A stretch of DNA of 64,000 nucleotides. It comes from Lachnospiraceae bacterium (GTDB lineage Bacteria; Bacillota; Clostridia; Lachnospirales; Lachnospiraceae). Under the pieces are notes generated by a model. The model was not told where the DNA came from. It made no database searches and saw only the letters and a list, made by a program, of their open reading frames with translations. A program made the position numbers and the translations under genes. Of the stretch, positions 1 to 9,908 are shown piece after piece. Position 1 is the stretch's first letter. Each line of letters begins with the position of its first letter. The stretch covers positions 9,345-73,344 of the forward strand of contig JAUNGD010000010.1 of NCBI GenBank assembly GCA_030524705.1, written 5' to 3'.

Positions 1-403
1 TGTAAGTGCTTTTGGTGAAAACAGGGTACTGTAGTTCGCGGATTGCCGGTACGTCACGGCAGACGCCGTCAATAAGAGTGCCGGCGATATTGTGCTTGGA
101 AGCATAGAGAGACATGATATCTCCCCATACGGTACAATCAAGACGGCCGCCGTTGTCGATGACGATAACCTGACCGGGAGCGACGTCGTCAATGAAATCC
201 CCTACGTTGTCCTTATGCATCCCACAGGGAACGTAGTGAACTGTAAATGCCTGGCCGCACATCTTGGAGGCAGGAATCACAGGATGAATTCCGGGCAGGC
301 CTCCTTTCAGTCCGAGGCGATCCATTGCGTCTGAGACGGAAGCAGTGTCAAACTGCAAAAAGCCGTCGATGATTTCTTCACAAAGCTTTGTATATTCATT
401 CAT
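1..403 (-). CDS. RraA family / HMG-CHA aldolase-like protein (paralogue 1; 3' end runs off the window)
   Basis: Not in the ORF track. Manual translation from ATG at 403: MNEYTKLCEEIIDGFLQFDTASVSDAMDRLG...KMCGQAFTV...VIVIDNGGRLDCTVWGDIMSLYASKHNIAGTLIDGVCRD. D-X20-R-D motif; RBS TGAGG overlaps the stop of the upstream gene. Confidence 0.88.
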   Translation of the reverse strand, partial: MNEYTKLCEEIIDGFLQFDTASVSDAMDRLGLKGGLPGIHPVIPASKMCGQAFTVHYVPCGMHKDNVGDFIDDVAPGQVIVIDNGGRLDCTVWGDIMSLYASKHNIAGTLIDGVCRDVPAIRELQYPVFTKSTY

Positions 404-412
404 ATGGAAACC

Positions 413-1078
413 TCATTTCTTAAGCATATTTTCATAATTGAATTTTTGATCTACGAAGGCAGGGTCTGCCCCGGAACGGATTTCCTGAATCATTCGGCTC
501 TCATTGGCTTCGAGTTCCTCTGCTTTGGCCAGAACTTCTTCAAATCTTTCCTGAGGGACAACTACAACACCGCTGCGGTCTCCCAGCACGATGTCTCCGG
601 GACGGACCTGTACGCCGCCGAACTGGATCATCTGATTGATGAGATAAGCCTGTGTTTTTCCTCTGGATGTTTCTACTGTGGCGCCTCTGGAATACATGGG
701 AAGCCGGATACTTACATATTCATCGATATCACGGCATACTCCATCAACTACGACGCCGGACATACCATAGACCTGAGCAGTATTTCCCATAATACCGCCG
801 AAGGCCGAGATGTCTGTTCTACCGCCGTGGTCCACTACTACAACGCTGCCAGGTTTTCCGGCCTTCATGGCATTAAGTACGCCAAGATGAGTGGTCTCGG
901 CTTCCGTCATTCCCACTGGTCCCATTTTAATCGTAATGGCTTCGCCGCAGATTTTCGGACATCCTTCCCAAATTGGACGGATCCCTCTTGTTGTTCCACG
1001 GATCTGCAGTGCTGTCATGGCATCGGATATATTGTTGGATGAGAGTTTCATCAGTCGGGTACGCTGTTCATTGTTCAT
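413..1078 (-). CDS. RraA family / HMG-CHA aldolase-like protein (paralogue 2)
   Basis: SNNISDAM, GEAITIK, FGG-X20-RDIDE, VQVRPGDIVLGDRSGVVVVP motifs; RBS GGAG upstream. Confidence 0.9.
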   Translation of the reverse strand: MNNEQRTRLMKLSSNNISDAMTALQIRGTTRGIRPIWEGCPKICGEAITIKMGPVGMTEAETTHLGVLNAMKAGKPGSVVVVDHGGRTDISAFGGIMGNTAQVYGMSGVVVDGVCRDIDEYVSIRLPMYSRGATVETSRGKTQAYLINQMIQFGGVQVRPGDIVLGDRSGVVVVPQERFEEVLAKAEELEANESRMIQEIRSGADPAFVDQKFNYENMLKK

Positions 1079-1092
1079 AGTGATTGTTCTCC

Positions 1093-1755
1093 TTATTTTT
1101 TAAGCATATGTACATAGTCGTATTTTGCATCAACTTCCAGCATGTCGCCGCCTTCGCCGACTTCTTTCATCATGCTGCTTTCTTTAAAATTTAGTTCTTC
1201 TGCTTTTTCCAAAACCTCCAGATAACGCTCCTTTGGAACGATGGTAATGCCGCTTCGATCTCCGATCACTATATCGCCGGGGCGAACCTGCACACCTGCG
1301 AATTGGATCATACCATTTGTCTCATATACCATGATACGTCCTCGGGATGTTCTGACGACGGCGGAGCGGGCGAATACCGGGAATTTAGCATCGTAATAAT
1401 CATCCACATCACGTACGGCACCGTCAACGATGACCCCATTTACACCTTTGGCACGGGCACCGTTGGCAAGAAGTCCTCCCCAGGCAGAGGTAGTGGTATC
1501 CCCACTGTTATCTACTACTATTACGTTGCCGGGTTTTGCTATAGCAATAGCTTCTGCACAGAGATGGGTGGAGTTCATGGGCGTTTCACCAGTGGGGCCA
1601 ATTTTGACTGTAAGCGCTTCTCCGACCAATTTGGGACAGCCCTCATAAACAGGACGGATCCCGTATGTGGATCCCAATAATCCAAGAGCATCCAATGCAT
1701 CAGAGACATTGCTGCTTGAAAGGGCATAAAAACGTTCGTATTCTTGCTGGGTCAT
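1093..1755 (-). CDS. RraA family / HMG-CHA aldolase-like protein (paralogue 3)
   Basis: Start moved to ATG 1755 behind AAGGAGG; SSNVSDALD, WGG-X20-RDVDD, VRPGDIVIGDRSG. Confidence 0.9.
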   Translation of the reverse strand: MTQQEYERFYALSSSNVSDALDALGLLGSTYGIRPVYEGCPKLVGEALTVKIGPTGETPMNSTHLCAEAIAIAKPGNVIVVDNSGDTTTSAWGGLLANGARAKGVNGVIVDGAVRDVDDYYDAKFPVFARSAVVRTSRGRIMVYETNGMIQFAGVQVRPGDIVIGDRSGITIVPKERYLEVLEKAEELNFKESSMMKEVGEGGDMLEVDAKYDYVHMLKK

Positions 1756-1855
1756 GTAAAGTACCTCCTTAAATTTAAATAATGAAATTGAGTGTTTAAA
1801 AAAGAAAAAATGTAGAAATATATTCCTAAAAAGTGTAGAATGTAGTACATCAAAC

Positions 1856-1884
1856 ATTTTAAGAAAAAAAGTAAAAAAAGTCAA
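1856..1884 (-). promoter_or_regulatory. sigma-A-type promoter for the leftward RraA operon
   Basis: Minus strand TTGACT-N17-TAAAAT. Confidence 0.6.
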
Positions 1885-1970
1885 TAAAAAAACAAAAAAT
1901 AGAAAGAAAATATGGATATATCACAAAAATAAAGAGGGAAGAGTGACAAATATTTGTGAAATATAGCATG

Positions 1971-1999
1971 ATGACAGAAAAGGAAAAGTGTGATAAGGT
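1971..1999 (+). promoter_or_regulatory. putative sigma-A-type promoter for the rightward catabolic operon
   Basis: ATGACA-N17-TAAGGT with extended TG. Confidence 0.4.
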
Positions 2000-2096
2000 A
2001 TAGAAAAAGTAGATGTTACGACAATAAAGTGTAAGAATGTAGAAAATATTACCAAAAGATGAAATGTTTGTTGCAACTCAGAAAGAAGGAAGGAAA

Positions 2097-2990
2097 ATGA
2101 CGAAACTTGGTTTGGTTGGTTTTGGTGAAGCTGCCTATTATCTGACGAGTGAAATCATACCTGGAAGTGCTGTGTTGTATTCTTTTGATACGGTAGCTTC
2201 CCAGGATTCCCCAAGAGGGAAACAGCTAAGACAGCGCGCGGAAGAAAATCAGGTAACGCTGGTAAGTTCTATAGAAGAACTGTTTGCAGTTTGCAATGTG
2301 ATTTTTTGTCTGACAAGTGCGAATTCAGCATTGCCGATTGCGAAGCAGATTGCTCCATTTTTAAGGAAAGGACAGCTGTATGTAGATATGAATTCCACAG
2401 CGCCGGGTACGAAGGAACAGATATATAAGATATTGGATGGTTCAGACGGGACTTTTGTAGAGGCGGCTGTCATGGCGTCCGTTCCGGCGAATCGTACCAG
2501 GGTACCGGTATACGTATGTGGAGAAGCGGCAGAGAGGCTTTGTGAGATTACTGATGCCTGCGGTATGAATTTTATGGCGTTGTCTGAGCAGATCGGTGCC
2601 GCATCTGCTATGAAGATGATCAAGAGTGTACTGTTTAAGGGATTCATAGCACTTTTGACAGAAACGGTATTTGCGGCGGAGCGGTATGGGATCACAGAGA
2701 AGACGCTGGGAGCATTGAAAAGTATTTTGACACAGGAAATGACATTTGAAGAGTGCTGCAATTATTTTTTGTGTACCATGGCAACTCATTCGGAGCGCCT
2801 CGGATACGAAATGGAAGAGGTGCTCAGTACTCTTGATTCTATGGGAGAAAATACGATTATGACCCGTGCAACGCTGGAAAAAATGCGCTGGATGAGCGGA
2901 CAGGGATACAATCAGAAATTTTCGACACGGCCGGAAAACTATAAAGAAATTGTTGCATACAGAGATAAGCTGGAAGTACGGGAAAGATAA
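2097..2990 (+). CDS. NAD(P)-dependent oxidoreductase, 3-hydroxyisobutyrate/6-phosphogluconate dehydrogenase-like (DUF1932 type)
   Basis: N-terminal Rossmann GLVGFGEAA, YVDMNSTAP, GAASAMKMIKSVLFKG; start moved to ATG 2097 behind GAAGGA. Confidence 0.8.
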   Translation: MTKLGLVGFGEAAYYLTSEIIPGSAVLYSFDTVASQDSPRGKQLRQRAEENQVTLVSSIEELFAVCNVIFCLTSANSALPIAKQIAPFLRKGQLYVDMNSTAPGTKEQIYKILDGSDGTFVEAAVMASVPANRTRVPVYVCGEAAERLCEITDACGMNFMALSEQIGAASAMKMIKSVLFKGFIALLTETVFAAERYGITEKTLGALKSILTQEMTFEECCNYFLCTMATHSERLGYEMEEVLSTLDSMGENTIMTRATLEKMRWMSGQGYNQKFSTRPENYKEIVAYRDKLEVRER

Positions 2991-3016
2991 ATGCCAAACA
3001 GGAGGCGGGAATAGTT

Positions 3017-4120
3017 ATGAAACTGTCAGAAATTAAAAAAATGGAAGACTGCGGCTGTTTTCCGACACCGGTGCATGAACTGAAAAATCTTGGCAGGGAG
3101 TTGAATTGCCGTTTGTTTATCAAGAGGGATGATTTGACGGGACTGGGATTTTCTGGAAATAAAGTTCGGAAGCTGCAGTATCTGGTGAGGGATGCAAAGG
3201 ATAGGGGTTATACGACATTACTGACCTTTGGGGGAGTACAGACAAATCATGGAAGGCAGACGGCCGCTGTTGCTAATAAATATGGAATGAAATCCGTTGT
3301 GATTGCTACGGTAGAAGACGGAAGGATTCCGGAAAAGCTCAGCGGGAATTTATTGCTGGATGCTATTTTAGGATGTGATGTACGTTTCCTGGATACGTCT
3401 GCTCTCAAAAAAGGTTCCCCAAAGCTGTCTCCGGATGAGATTAAAACGGAAACGTTAAAGCTTCGCCGCATCGCTGCAGATCGGGTGATTGCAGAATATG
3501 AGGAGAAAGGCGAGAAGGTATATGAAATGCCGGCCGGAGGCAGCACACCGATTGGATGTCTGGGATATTTTTTTGCGGTGAAGGAGATTATGGATCAGCT
3601 GGAACAGAAGAACCAAAAAATAGATTATCTCGTCTGTCCTACCGGTTCCAATGGAACTTATGCGGGCTTATGGCTCGGCAGCAGGTACTTTGGGGCGCCA
3701 TTTGAAGTGATTGGTGGGTGTGTCAGCCCTCATGAAGAAATTTATATTGAAAATATGGTGAAATTTATCAATGAAACCAGCCAATTCCTGGAACTGAATA
3801 TTACAGCGAAGAGGAAAGATATTCATATACTTTGTACAGAATGTGCGGGAATTGCATATGACAAACCGGATGAGGAGACTTTTGAAACCATTTATAAGAT
3901 GGCACGAAGTGAGGGGTTATTTATAGATCCCTGCTATACAGGAAAAGGCTTTACAGCGGTTCTCAAGCTGCTGAAAAGCGAGAAGATACCGAAAGGGTCT
4001 TCTGTATTATTTATTCATACGGGCGGATTGCCGGGGCTTTACAGCCAGCAGCATTTAGAAAAATTTTCAAAGGATCTGTGGGAAGGAAAGGAACATTCAA
4101 TGGTACCGCTGAACAGGTAA
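3017..4120 (+). CDS. D-cysteine desulfhydrase-family PLP enzyme (ACC deaminase superfamily)
   Basis: IKRDDLTG.GFSGNKVRKL (PLP lysine), QTNHGRQTA, DPCYTGK and FIHTGG (Thr/Thr rather than the Glu/Leu of true ACC deaminases). Confidence 0.85.
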   Translation: MKLSEIKKMEDCGCFPTPVHELKNLGRELNCRLFIKRDDLTGLGFSGNKVRKLQYLVRDAKDRGYTTLLTFGGVQTNHGRQTAAVANKYGMKSVVIATVEDGRIPEKLSGNLLLDAILGCDVRFLDTSALKKGSPKLSPDEIKTETLKLRRIAADRVIAEYEEKGEKVYEMPAGGSTPIGCLGYFFAVKEIMDQLEQKNQKIDYLVCPTGSNGTYAGLWLGSRYFGAPFEVIGGCVSPHEEIYIENMVKFINETSQFLELNITAKRKDIHILCTECAGIAYDKPDEETFETIYKMARSEGLFIDPCYTGKGFTAVLKLLKSEKIPKGSSVLFIHTGGLPGLYSQQHLEKFSKDLWEGKEHSMVPLNR

Positions 4121-4133
4121 AGGAGGTGCAAAG

Positions 4134-5423
4134 GTGGAGATATTAGAGCTGTGCAGGCAGCAACTGGAATATGCAGTCAAGGTTAGACGGCATTTGCATA
4201 TGTATCCAGAGCCGACATCATATGAATTCAGGACGGTGCGGTATATCACTTCACAGTTGGAACGGCTGGAGATGCCTTTTACGGAAATAGAGGATGGCGG
4301 AGTGATTGCGGTGGTGGACAGCGGAAAAAGAGGAAAGACAGTTCTTCTCCGAGCGGATTGTGATGCGCTGCGTATGCAGGAATGGCCGGAAAATGCGAAA
4401 AAAAAGAAGGTGTGTGTCAGCAAGGTTCCGGGTGTGGCACACATGTGCGGTCATGATTCACACGTGGCAATGCTGCTTGCAGCAGGCAGGATATTAAAAG
4501 AGCATAAAGAAATGTTTACCGGCAGAGTTCTGCTTTTGTTTGAACGGGGAGAAGAAGGCGGTATGAACATTTATTATGTAATGAAGTATCTTCAAGAAAA
4601 TAAAATTTCCATCGACAGCTGCTGGTCGAACCACGTATCACCGGATTTTCCGGCAGGGGTCGTGGCAATAGCAGAAGGGCCGTCAAATGCTGCATTATTT
4701 AATTTTGAGGTAATGCTTACAGGAAAAGGCGGGCACGGTTCGAGGCCGGACCGGGCGAATAATCCCATTCACTGTTTTTCAGCAATTCTGGAACGGCTGA
4801 ATGATTATCGAATGAGATGTTCTTCGCCGTTTGAACCGCTCACTTTTGATATCTGTTCCGTCCATGCGGGTACAGCCTGCAATGTGATTCCGGAAAAACT
4901 GGAATTTGCGGGAACCTGCCGCTATTTTGACAGAACACTGGGAACTGATTTTAAAGAATATCTGAAAAAGGCCATTGATAACTGCTGCGAATTTTATGAA
5001 TGTGAGGCGCAGTATCGGCAGTTTTCGGAACTGTGCATTCCTACAATCAGCGACCCACAGTGCGCAAGACTGGCAAGGGAAGCAGCAGTCAGGATATTGG
5101 GCAGGGATAAGGTACTTCCCAGAGAGGCGAGAATGGGATCGGAAAGTTTTTCTATTCTGACAGCTTATTATCCGAGTGCAAGAGGGATTATTGGAATAAG
5201 AAATGAGCAGGAGGGTATTATCTGCAATAACCACCACCCAGGGTTTGAAATTGATGAGAATGGAATGATCTATGGAATATTAATGAACGTCATATATGCG
5301 TTGGCATATCTGAAGAGTGATATTCCGATTTCTTATGATTCATTTGAAGGAGATATTGATTGTTTGTTCCAGTCAATGAATACGAAACCGCCGGCACGTC
5401 ATGATTCTGATATGCAACTGTAA
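4134..5423 (+). CDS. M20D amidohydrolase (N-acyl amino acid amidohydrolase-like)
   Basis: RRHLHMYPE, LRADCDAL, HMCGHDSH, GEEG, GGHGSRP, NHHP; GTG start behind AAGGAGG. Confidence 0.88.
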   Translation: MEILELCRQQLEYAVKVRRHLHMYPEPTSYEFRTVRYITSQLERLEMPFTEIEDGGVIAVVDSGKRGKTVLLRADCDALRMQEWPENAKKKKVCVSKVPGVAHMCGHDSHVAMLLAAGRILKEHKEMFTGRVLLLFERGEEGGMNIYYVMKYLQENKISIDSCWSNHVSPDFPAGVVAIAEGPSNAALFNFEVMLTGKGGHGSRPDRANNPIHCFSAILERLNDYRMRCSSPFEPLTFDICSVHAGTACNVIPEKLEFAGTCRYFDRTLGTDFKEYLKKAIDNCCEFYECEAQYRQFSELCIPTISDPQCARLAREAAVRILGRDKVLPREARMGSESFSILTAYYPSARGIIGIRNEQEGIICNNHHPGFEIDENGMIYGILMNVIYALAYLKSDIPISYDSFEGDIDCLFQSMNTKPPARHDSDMQL

Positions 5424-5462
5424 AATCGACAATTATTCACAAGAAAACACAAGGAGGTAAAG

Positions 5463-6992
5463 ATGAAGAAGATATTATCATTAATTTTAACACTTGCAAT
5501 GGTTCTGGGACTTTTGGGCGGAATTACCTGTGTTGCAGGAGCGAAGGATAAGGAAGTAAAGGACATACTGGTAATCGGCATTAACTCTAACCCGCAGAGT
5601 TTATCCATGTCAGATACAAAGATGCAGAATGAAATGCTGATTGGTAATGCATTGTTTGATACACTGATTTACCCGGCAGATGAAAATGGGGAATTTGCCC
5701 CTCGTCTTGCTGCCTCCTGGGAGTGGGAAGACGGTACGCATCTCATATTTCATTTAAGAGATGATGTCTATTTCCATAATGGGGAAAAAATGACCGCGGA
5801 GGATGTGGCATTTACAGTTAAGACAAGCTGTGAAACGTTAAATAACCGTTCCTTTTTCTCTGCATTCGACGCTGAAAATACGGAGGCGATTGATGAAACT
5901 ACGGTAAGGATTGCATTCCAGTATGAGTTTGCACCGGCTCTTGCATATCTGTCATCCAGCAGAGGTGGAATCATCTGTAAAAGTGCTTATGAAGAAATGG
6001 GAGCTGATGCGTATAATCTGGCGCCGGTAGGTACGGGACAGTTTAAATTTGTCTCTTGGACTCAGGGTGATTCTATTGAACTGGAACGCAATGATGAATA
6101 TTGGAATAAGGATAAAATTCCTTCCTACAGCCATATCCGTTACAGAATCATTACCGAGAACAGTGTGCGGGCTATGGAGATAGAGGCAGGCGGTATTGAC
6201 ATGGCATACAATATTTCTTCCAACGATTTTGAAAGACTGTCTGCAAATCCGAATCTGATGACGATCGCAGAGGAGGGGCTGTCTCACCAGGGATTTCAGC
6301 TGAATTCTTCAGTTCCGGAACTTTCCGATATCCGTGTTCGTGAGGCGTTATGTATTTCGCTCGATACACCTTCTATTGTAGCTGCCGTTTACGGGCAGTA
6401 TGGAACGGCTGCGACGGGGCTGTTCAGCAACAACGTTTTTGCATTTGATGAACTGGGCCCGTACGAATACAATCCGGAACGTGCAAAGGAGCTTCTGGCA
6501 GAAGCCGGATATGAAGATGGATTTGATATCACTATGTCAATTGCCGATATTACCAACCTGGTAAAAATGGCTGAAATTGCCCAGCAGCAATGGGCTCAGG
6601 TAGGAATCAACCTGACGATCAATATTATGGAGCAGGTAGCTGTTACAGAACAGAATGCAACAGGGCAGACCAGAATTACAACGACAGACTATACTACGTC
6701 GACTGCTGATCCGGGGCACGCCCTGCAGATTTACAGAAGTACCTGGAATGGGGCACTGCAGCTGAAGGATGATTATATTGATGAAATGCTGGATAAAGGC
6801 CTCCAGGAGTTTGATACGGACAAGCGTGCGGAAATCTATAAAGAACTGCAGGAGTATATCTGGAACTATTATACCTGTATTCCGCTTGTATTTCCGAAAA
6901 ATATGCTAGTTTACAGTACAGATATTGAGAATCTTGTTCTGCCAAAGAGCGGATATATTCTGGATTACAGTTCTTTTGATATTTATGCATGA
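5463..6992 (+). CDS. ABC transporter substrate-binding protein, family 5 (peptide/nickel)
   Basis: Signal peptide; LAASWE, LRDDVYFHNGEKMTAEDV, PVGTGQFKF, YNPERAKELLAEAGY. Confidence 0.92.
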   Translation: MKKILSLILTLAMVLGLLGGITCVAGAKDKEVKDILVIGINSNPQSLSMSDTKMQNEMLIGNALFDTLIYPADENGEFAPRLAASWEWEDGTHLIFHLRDDVYFHNGEKMTAEDVAFTVKTSCETLNNRSFFSAFDAENTEAIDETTVRIAFQYEFAPALAYLSSSRGGIICKSAYEEMGADAYNLAPVGTGQFKFVSWTQGDSIELERNDEYWNKDKIPSYSHIRYRIITENSVRAMEIEAGGIDMAYNISSNDFERLSANPNLMTIAEEGLSHQGFQLNSSVPELSDIRVREALCISLDTPSIVAAVYGQYGTAATGLFSNNVFAFDELGPYEYNPERAKELLAEAGYEDGFDITMSIADITNLVKMAEIAQQQWAQVGINLTINIMEQVAVTEQNATGQTRITTTDYTTSTADPGHALQIYRSTWNGALQLKDDYIDEMLDKGLQEFDTDKRAEIYKELQEYIWNYYTCIPLVFPKNMLVYSTDIENLVLPKSGYILDYSSFDIYA

Positions 6993-7001
6993 TTGATTGG
7001 G

Positions 7002-7037
7002 GATTTCAGGTGTCAGGATTTCCTGATGCCTGAAATC
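7002..7037 (+). other. stem-loop after the SBP gene (likely mRNA-stabilising or attenuating hairpin)
   Basis: GATTTCAGGTGTCAGGA-TT-TCCTGATGCCTGAAATC inverted repeat, no U tract. Confidence 0.6.
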
Positions 7038-7070
7038 TGACGGACTTTGGGAGAAAAGGAGGAAAATAGC

Positions 7071-8048
7071 TTGCTGAAATATATTATGCGTCGTATTTTG
7101 CTGTTGATACCGGTTCTTTTGGCAGTTACAGTTCTGATTTTTACGATTTTGTATTTTACGCCGGGAGATCCGGTTTTAACGATTTTGGGTGACGAGGTGA
7201 CAGAAGAAACATATGCACAGGTGCAGGCCGAGCTTGGTCTGGATCAGCCATATATTATACAGTTGGGAAGATATATCTGGAATGTGCTGCATGGAGATTT
7301 CGGAAAGTCCTATATGACGGGAATCCCCGTGGCAAATGACCTTCTGAGCCGTTTTCCCACGACTTTAAAACTGTCTTTGCTGAGTATGTTCCTGTCTGTT
7401 TTAATAGCTATTCCGCTTGGTGTGCTGTCCGCTACTCATCAGAATCGTCTGCTTGATACGGTAGCCCGTCTGGTCTCTCTTTTGTGGGTATCGATGCCGA
7501 TCTTCTGGCTCGGACTCTTGCTGATGATGATATTTGCCGTGAAGCTGAAGTGGCTTCCGGCATCCGGGTTTTATGGTCCGAAATATTGGGTTTTGCCGGT
7601 GCTGGCACTTGGCATGGAAATGACCGGAGGTATTTTGAGAACAACAAGATCCAGCATGCTTGAAGTGATTCGTCAGGATTATATCAGGACAGCCCGGGCT
7701 AAGGGAGCGGCTGAAAACAGAGTAATCTGGAAGCATGCTCTTAAAAATGCAATGATTCCGGTGCTTACGGTAATCGGGATTAGATTTGGCAATTGTCTGG
7801 GCGGCTCTGTTATGACAGAAACTGTTTTTTCAATTCCAGGTCTTGGTAAATTTATGGTGGATGCGATTAAGCAGCGTGATTATCCTATTGTAATGGGCGG
7901 AGTACTGTTGATCGCTCTGGCATTTGGAATTATTAATCTGGTTGTTGATATTGTATATGCATTTATCGATCCGAGAATCAAGTCCCAGTACAGTTCGAAG
8001 AAAAAAGTGAAAAAACTGGTACAGACTGCCGCTGGAAAGGAGGCATGA
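7071..8048 (+). CDS. peptide/nickel ABC transporter permease (DppB/OppB-like)
   Basis: TTG start behind AGGAGG; PGDP, GDFGKSY, EAA loop DYIRTARAKG, ETVFSIPGLG. Confidence 0.93.
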   Translation: MLKYIMRRILLLIPVLLAVTVLIFTILYFTPGDPVLTILGDEVTEETYAQVQAELGLDQPYIIQLGRYIWNVLHGDFGKSYMTGIPVANDLLSRFPTTLKLSLLSMFLSVLIAIPLGVLSATHQNRLLDTVARLVSLLWVSMPIFWLGLLLMMIFAVKLKWLPASGFYGPKYWVLPVLALGMEMTGGILRTTRSSMLEVIRQDYIRTARAKGAAENRVIWKHALKNAMIPVLTVIGIRFGNCLGGSVMTETVFSIPGLGKFMVDAIKQRDYPIVMGGVLLIALAFGIINLVVDIVYAFIDPRIKSQYSSKKKVKKLVQTAAGKEA

Positions 8049-8049
8049 G

Positions 8050-8916
8050 ATGGAGAGCAGAATACAGAAAAAACATAAAAATTCAAATTTTCGTAATGCA
8101 ATGAGACGTTTCATGCGAAACAGAACGGCAGTTGTGGCTACTGTTATTCTCGCTATTATGATTTTACTTGCTGTTTTTGCAGATGTGATTACACAGTATG
8201 GGTATGAGGAAATGGATACAGCGGCGGCGCTGCAGGGACCGACCTTGAAACACTGGTTTGGCACAGATAATTTTGGACGTGATTTGTTCAGCCGTGTTTT
8301 ATATGGCGGAAGAATTTCTCTTGTTGTAGGCTTTGTATCCGTCGGTATCGGATGCCTGTTCGGGTGCTGCTTTGGAGCAATTGCAGGATATCGCGGCGGA
8401 AAAGTAGATATGATAATTATGCGTATTCTTGATGTGTTTCAGGCTATCCCAAGTCTTCTGATGGCAATTTCCATATCGGCAATGCTGGGAACGGGAATTA
8501 TCAATTGTATGCTGGCAGTAGGAATTACAGGAATTCCCAAATATGCCAGAATTACGAGAGCCTCCGTTATGTCAATTAAGGAGACGGAATATATTGAGGC
8601 TGCGCGGGCAATCGGAGAAAATGATGCGGCCATTATATTGAGGCACTTGATCCCCAATTCGTTGGCCCCGATTATTGTACAGGCAACTTTAGGACTGGCC
8701 TCTGGTATTTTGTCCTGTGCAAGTCTCAGCTTCATTGGTCTGGGAGTTCTGCCTCCGACACCGGAATGGGGAAGTATTCTGTCTGCAGCAAAAGATTATA
8801 TTTATGGTAGTCTGCATTTCATTATGTTCCCAGGTATTGCGATTGTACTGGCAATCGTGACGATGAACCTGATCGGCGACGGTCTTCGGGATGCGCTGGA
8901 TCCGAGGTTGAAATAG
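8050..8916 (+). CDS. peptide/nickel ABC transporter permease (DppC/OppC-like)
   Basis: HWFGTDNFGRD, EYIEAARAIG, PTPEWG, GDGLRDALDPR. Confidence 0.93.
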   Translation: MESRIQKKHKNSNFRNAMRRFMRNRTAVVATVILAIMILLAVFADVITQYGYEEMDTAAALQGPTLKHWFGTDNFGRDLFSRVLYGGRISLVVGFVSVGIGCLFGCCFGAIAGYRGGKVDMIIMRILDVFQAIPSLLMAISISAMLGTGIINCMLAVGITGIPKYARITRASVMSIKETEYIEAARAIGENDAAIILRHLIPNSLAPIIVQATLGLASGILSCASLSFIGLGVLPPTPEWGSILSAAKDYIYGSLHFIMFPGIAIVLAIVTMNLIGDGLRDALDPRLK

Positions 8917-8937
8917 CAGGAAGGAGAAAAAGAAACA

Positions 8938-9906
8938 ATGAGTGTGCTTGACATAAAAGATTTGGTGATTCAGTACAATACGGATGAAGGGATTGTACAT
9001 GCAGTCAATAGTGTTTCCTTTTCTCTTGAAAAGGGAGAGACCCTTGGTCTTGTAGGAGAGACTGGCGCAGGTAAGACTACCACAGCATTGGGAGTGATGC
9101 GTCTGGTACCGAATCCTCCGGGACAGGTGTTGAGAGGAAGTATCACATTTGAAGGACAGGATCTGATGAAGCTGAGTGAAAAGGCCATGAGAAATATCAG
9201 AGGGAATAAGATCACTATGATATTCCAGGATCCGATGACAGCATTAAATCCGATCATGTCCGTGGGAGAACAGATTGCAGAGGTTGTAAAATTACATAAT
9301 AAAAAGATGACAACGGCAGAGACACATACCCGCGCCATAGAAATGCTCGAAACAGTAGGAATACCGGGAGAAAGATTCGGAGATTATCCGCATCAGTTTT
9401 CCGGTGGTATGAAACAGAGAGTAGTGATTGCCATTGCGCTGGCGTGCAATCCGGCTCTTCTGATCGCAGATGAGCCGACAACTGCACTTGACGTCACAAT
9501 TCAGGCGCAGGTGCTTGCAATGATGCAGGAACTTCGGGAAAAGTTTCATACATCGATGATTTTGATTACTCATGACCTTGGCGTAGTTGCGGAAGTATGC
9601 GACAAAGTAGCGGTTATGTATGCAGGCCAGATTGTAGAATATGGTACATTGGAAGAAATTTATAATAACACAATGCATCCATTTACGCAGGGGTTGTTTG
9701 ATTCGATCCCAAGTATGACGAAGAAGGTGAAAAGGCTCAGGCCTATTGAGGGACTGACTCCGGATCCCTCCAATTTACCGGAGGGCTGCCCGTTCCATCC
9801 GCGCTGCAGGTACGCTGCGGAAGAATGCAAAAGGCAGACACCTGAAAACATTGAGATCTGCGCTGGGCATACCGTTCGCTGCAATCGCTACAAGGGGGGA
9901 AAATAG
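8938..9906 (+). CDS. peptide ABC transporter ATP-binding protein (DppD/OppD-like)
   Basis: Walker [33 protein letters not shown]. Confidence 0.95.
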   Translation: MSVLDIKDLVIQYNTDEGIVHAVNSVSFSLEKGETLGLVGETGAGKTTTALGVMRLVPNPPGQVLRGSITFEGQDLMKLSEKAMRNIRGNKITMIFQDPMTALNPIMSVGEQIAEVVKLHNKKMTTAETHTRAIEMLETVGIPGERFGDYPHQFSGGMKQRVVIAIALACNPALLIADEPTTALDVTIQAQVLAMMQELREKFHTSMILITHDLGVVAEVCDKVAVMYAGQIVEYGTLEEIYNNTMHPFTQGLFDSIPSMTKKVKRLRPIEGLTPDPSNLPEGCPFHPRCRYAAEECKRQTPENIEICAGHTVRCNRYKGGK

Positions 9907-9908
9907 CC

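Noticed and set aside
413-1755. Annotation as RNase E inhibitor or MenG methyltransferase
   Set aside because: No SAM-binding motif; aldolase metal motifs are intact and the context is metabolic.
1756-1884. N-terminal extensions in the ORF track (also for rpsT, lepA, spoIIP, hrcA, the nucleotidase and Dabb)
   Set aside because: Better RBS-supported starts lie downstream, and the extensions run through promoters, operators or upstream genes.
3017-4120. ACC deaminase call
   Set aside because: The diagnostic Glu and Leu residues are replaced by Thr and Thr (DPCYTGK, HTGG).
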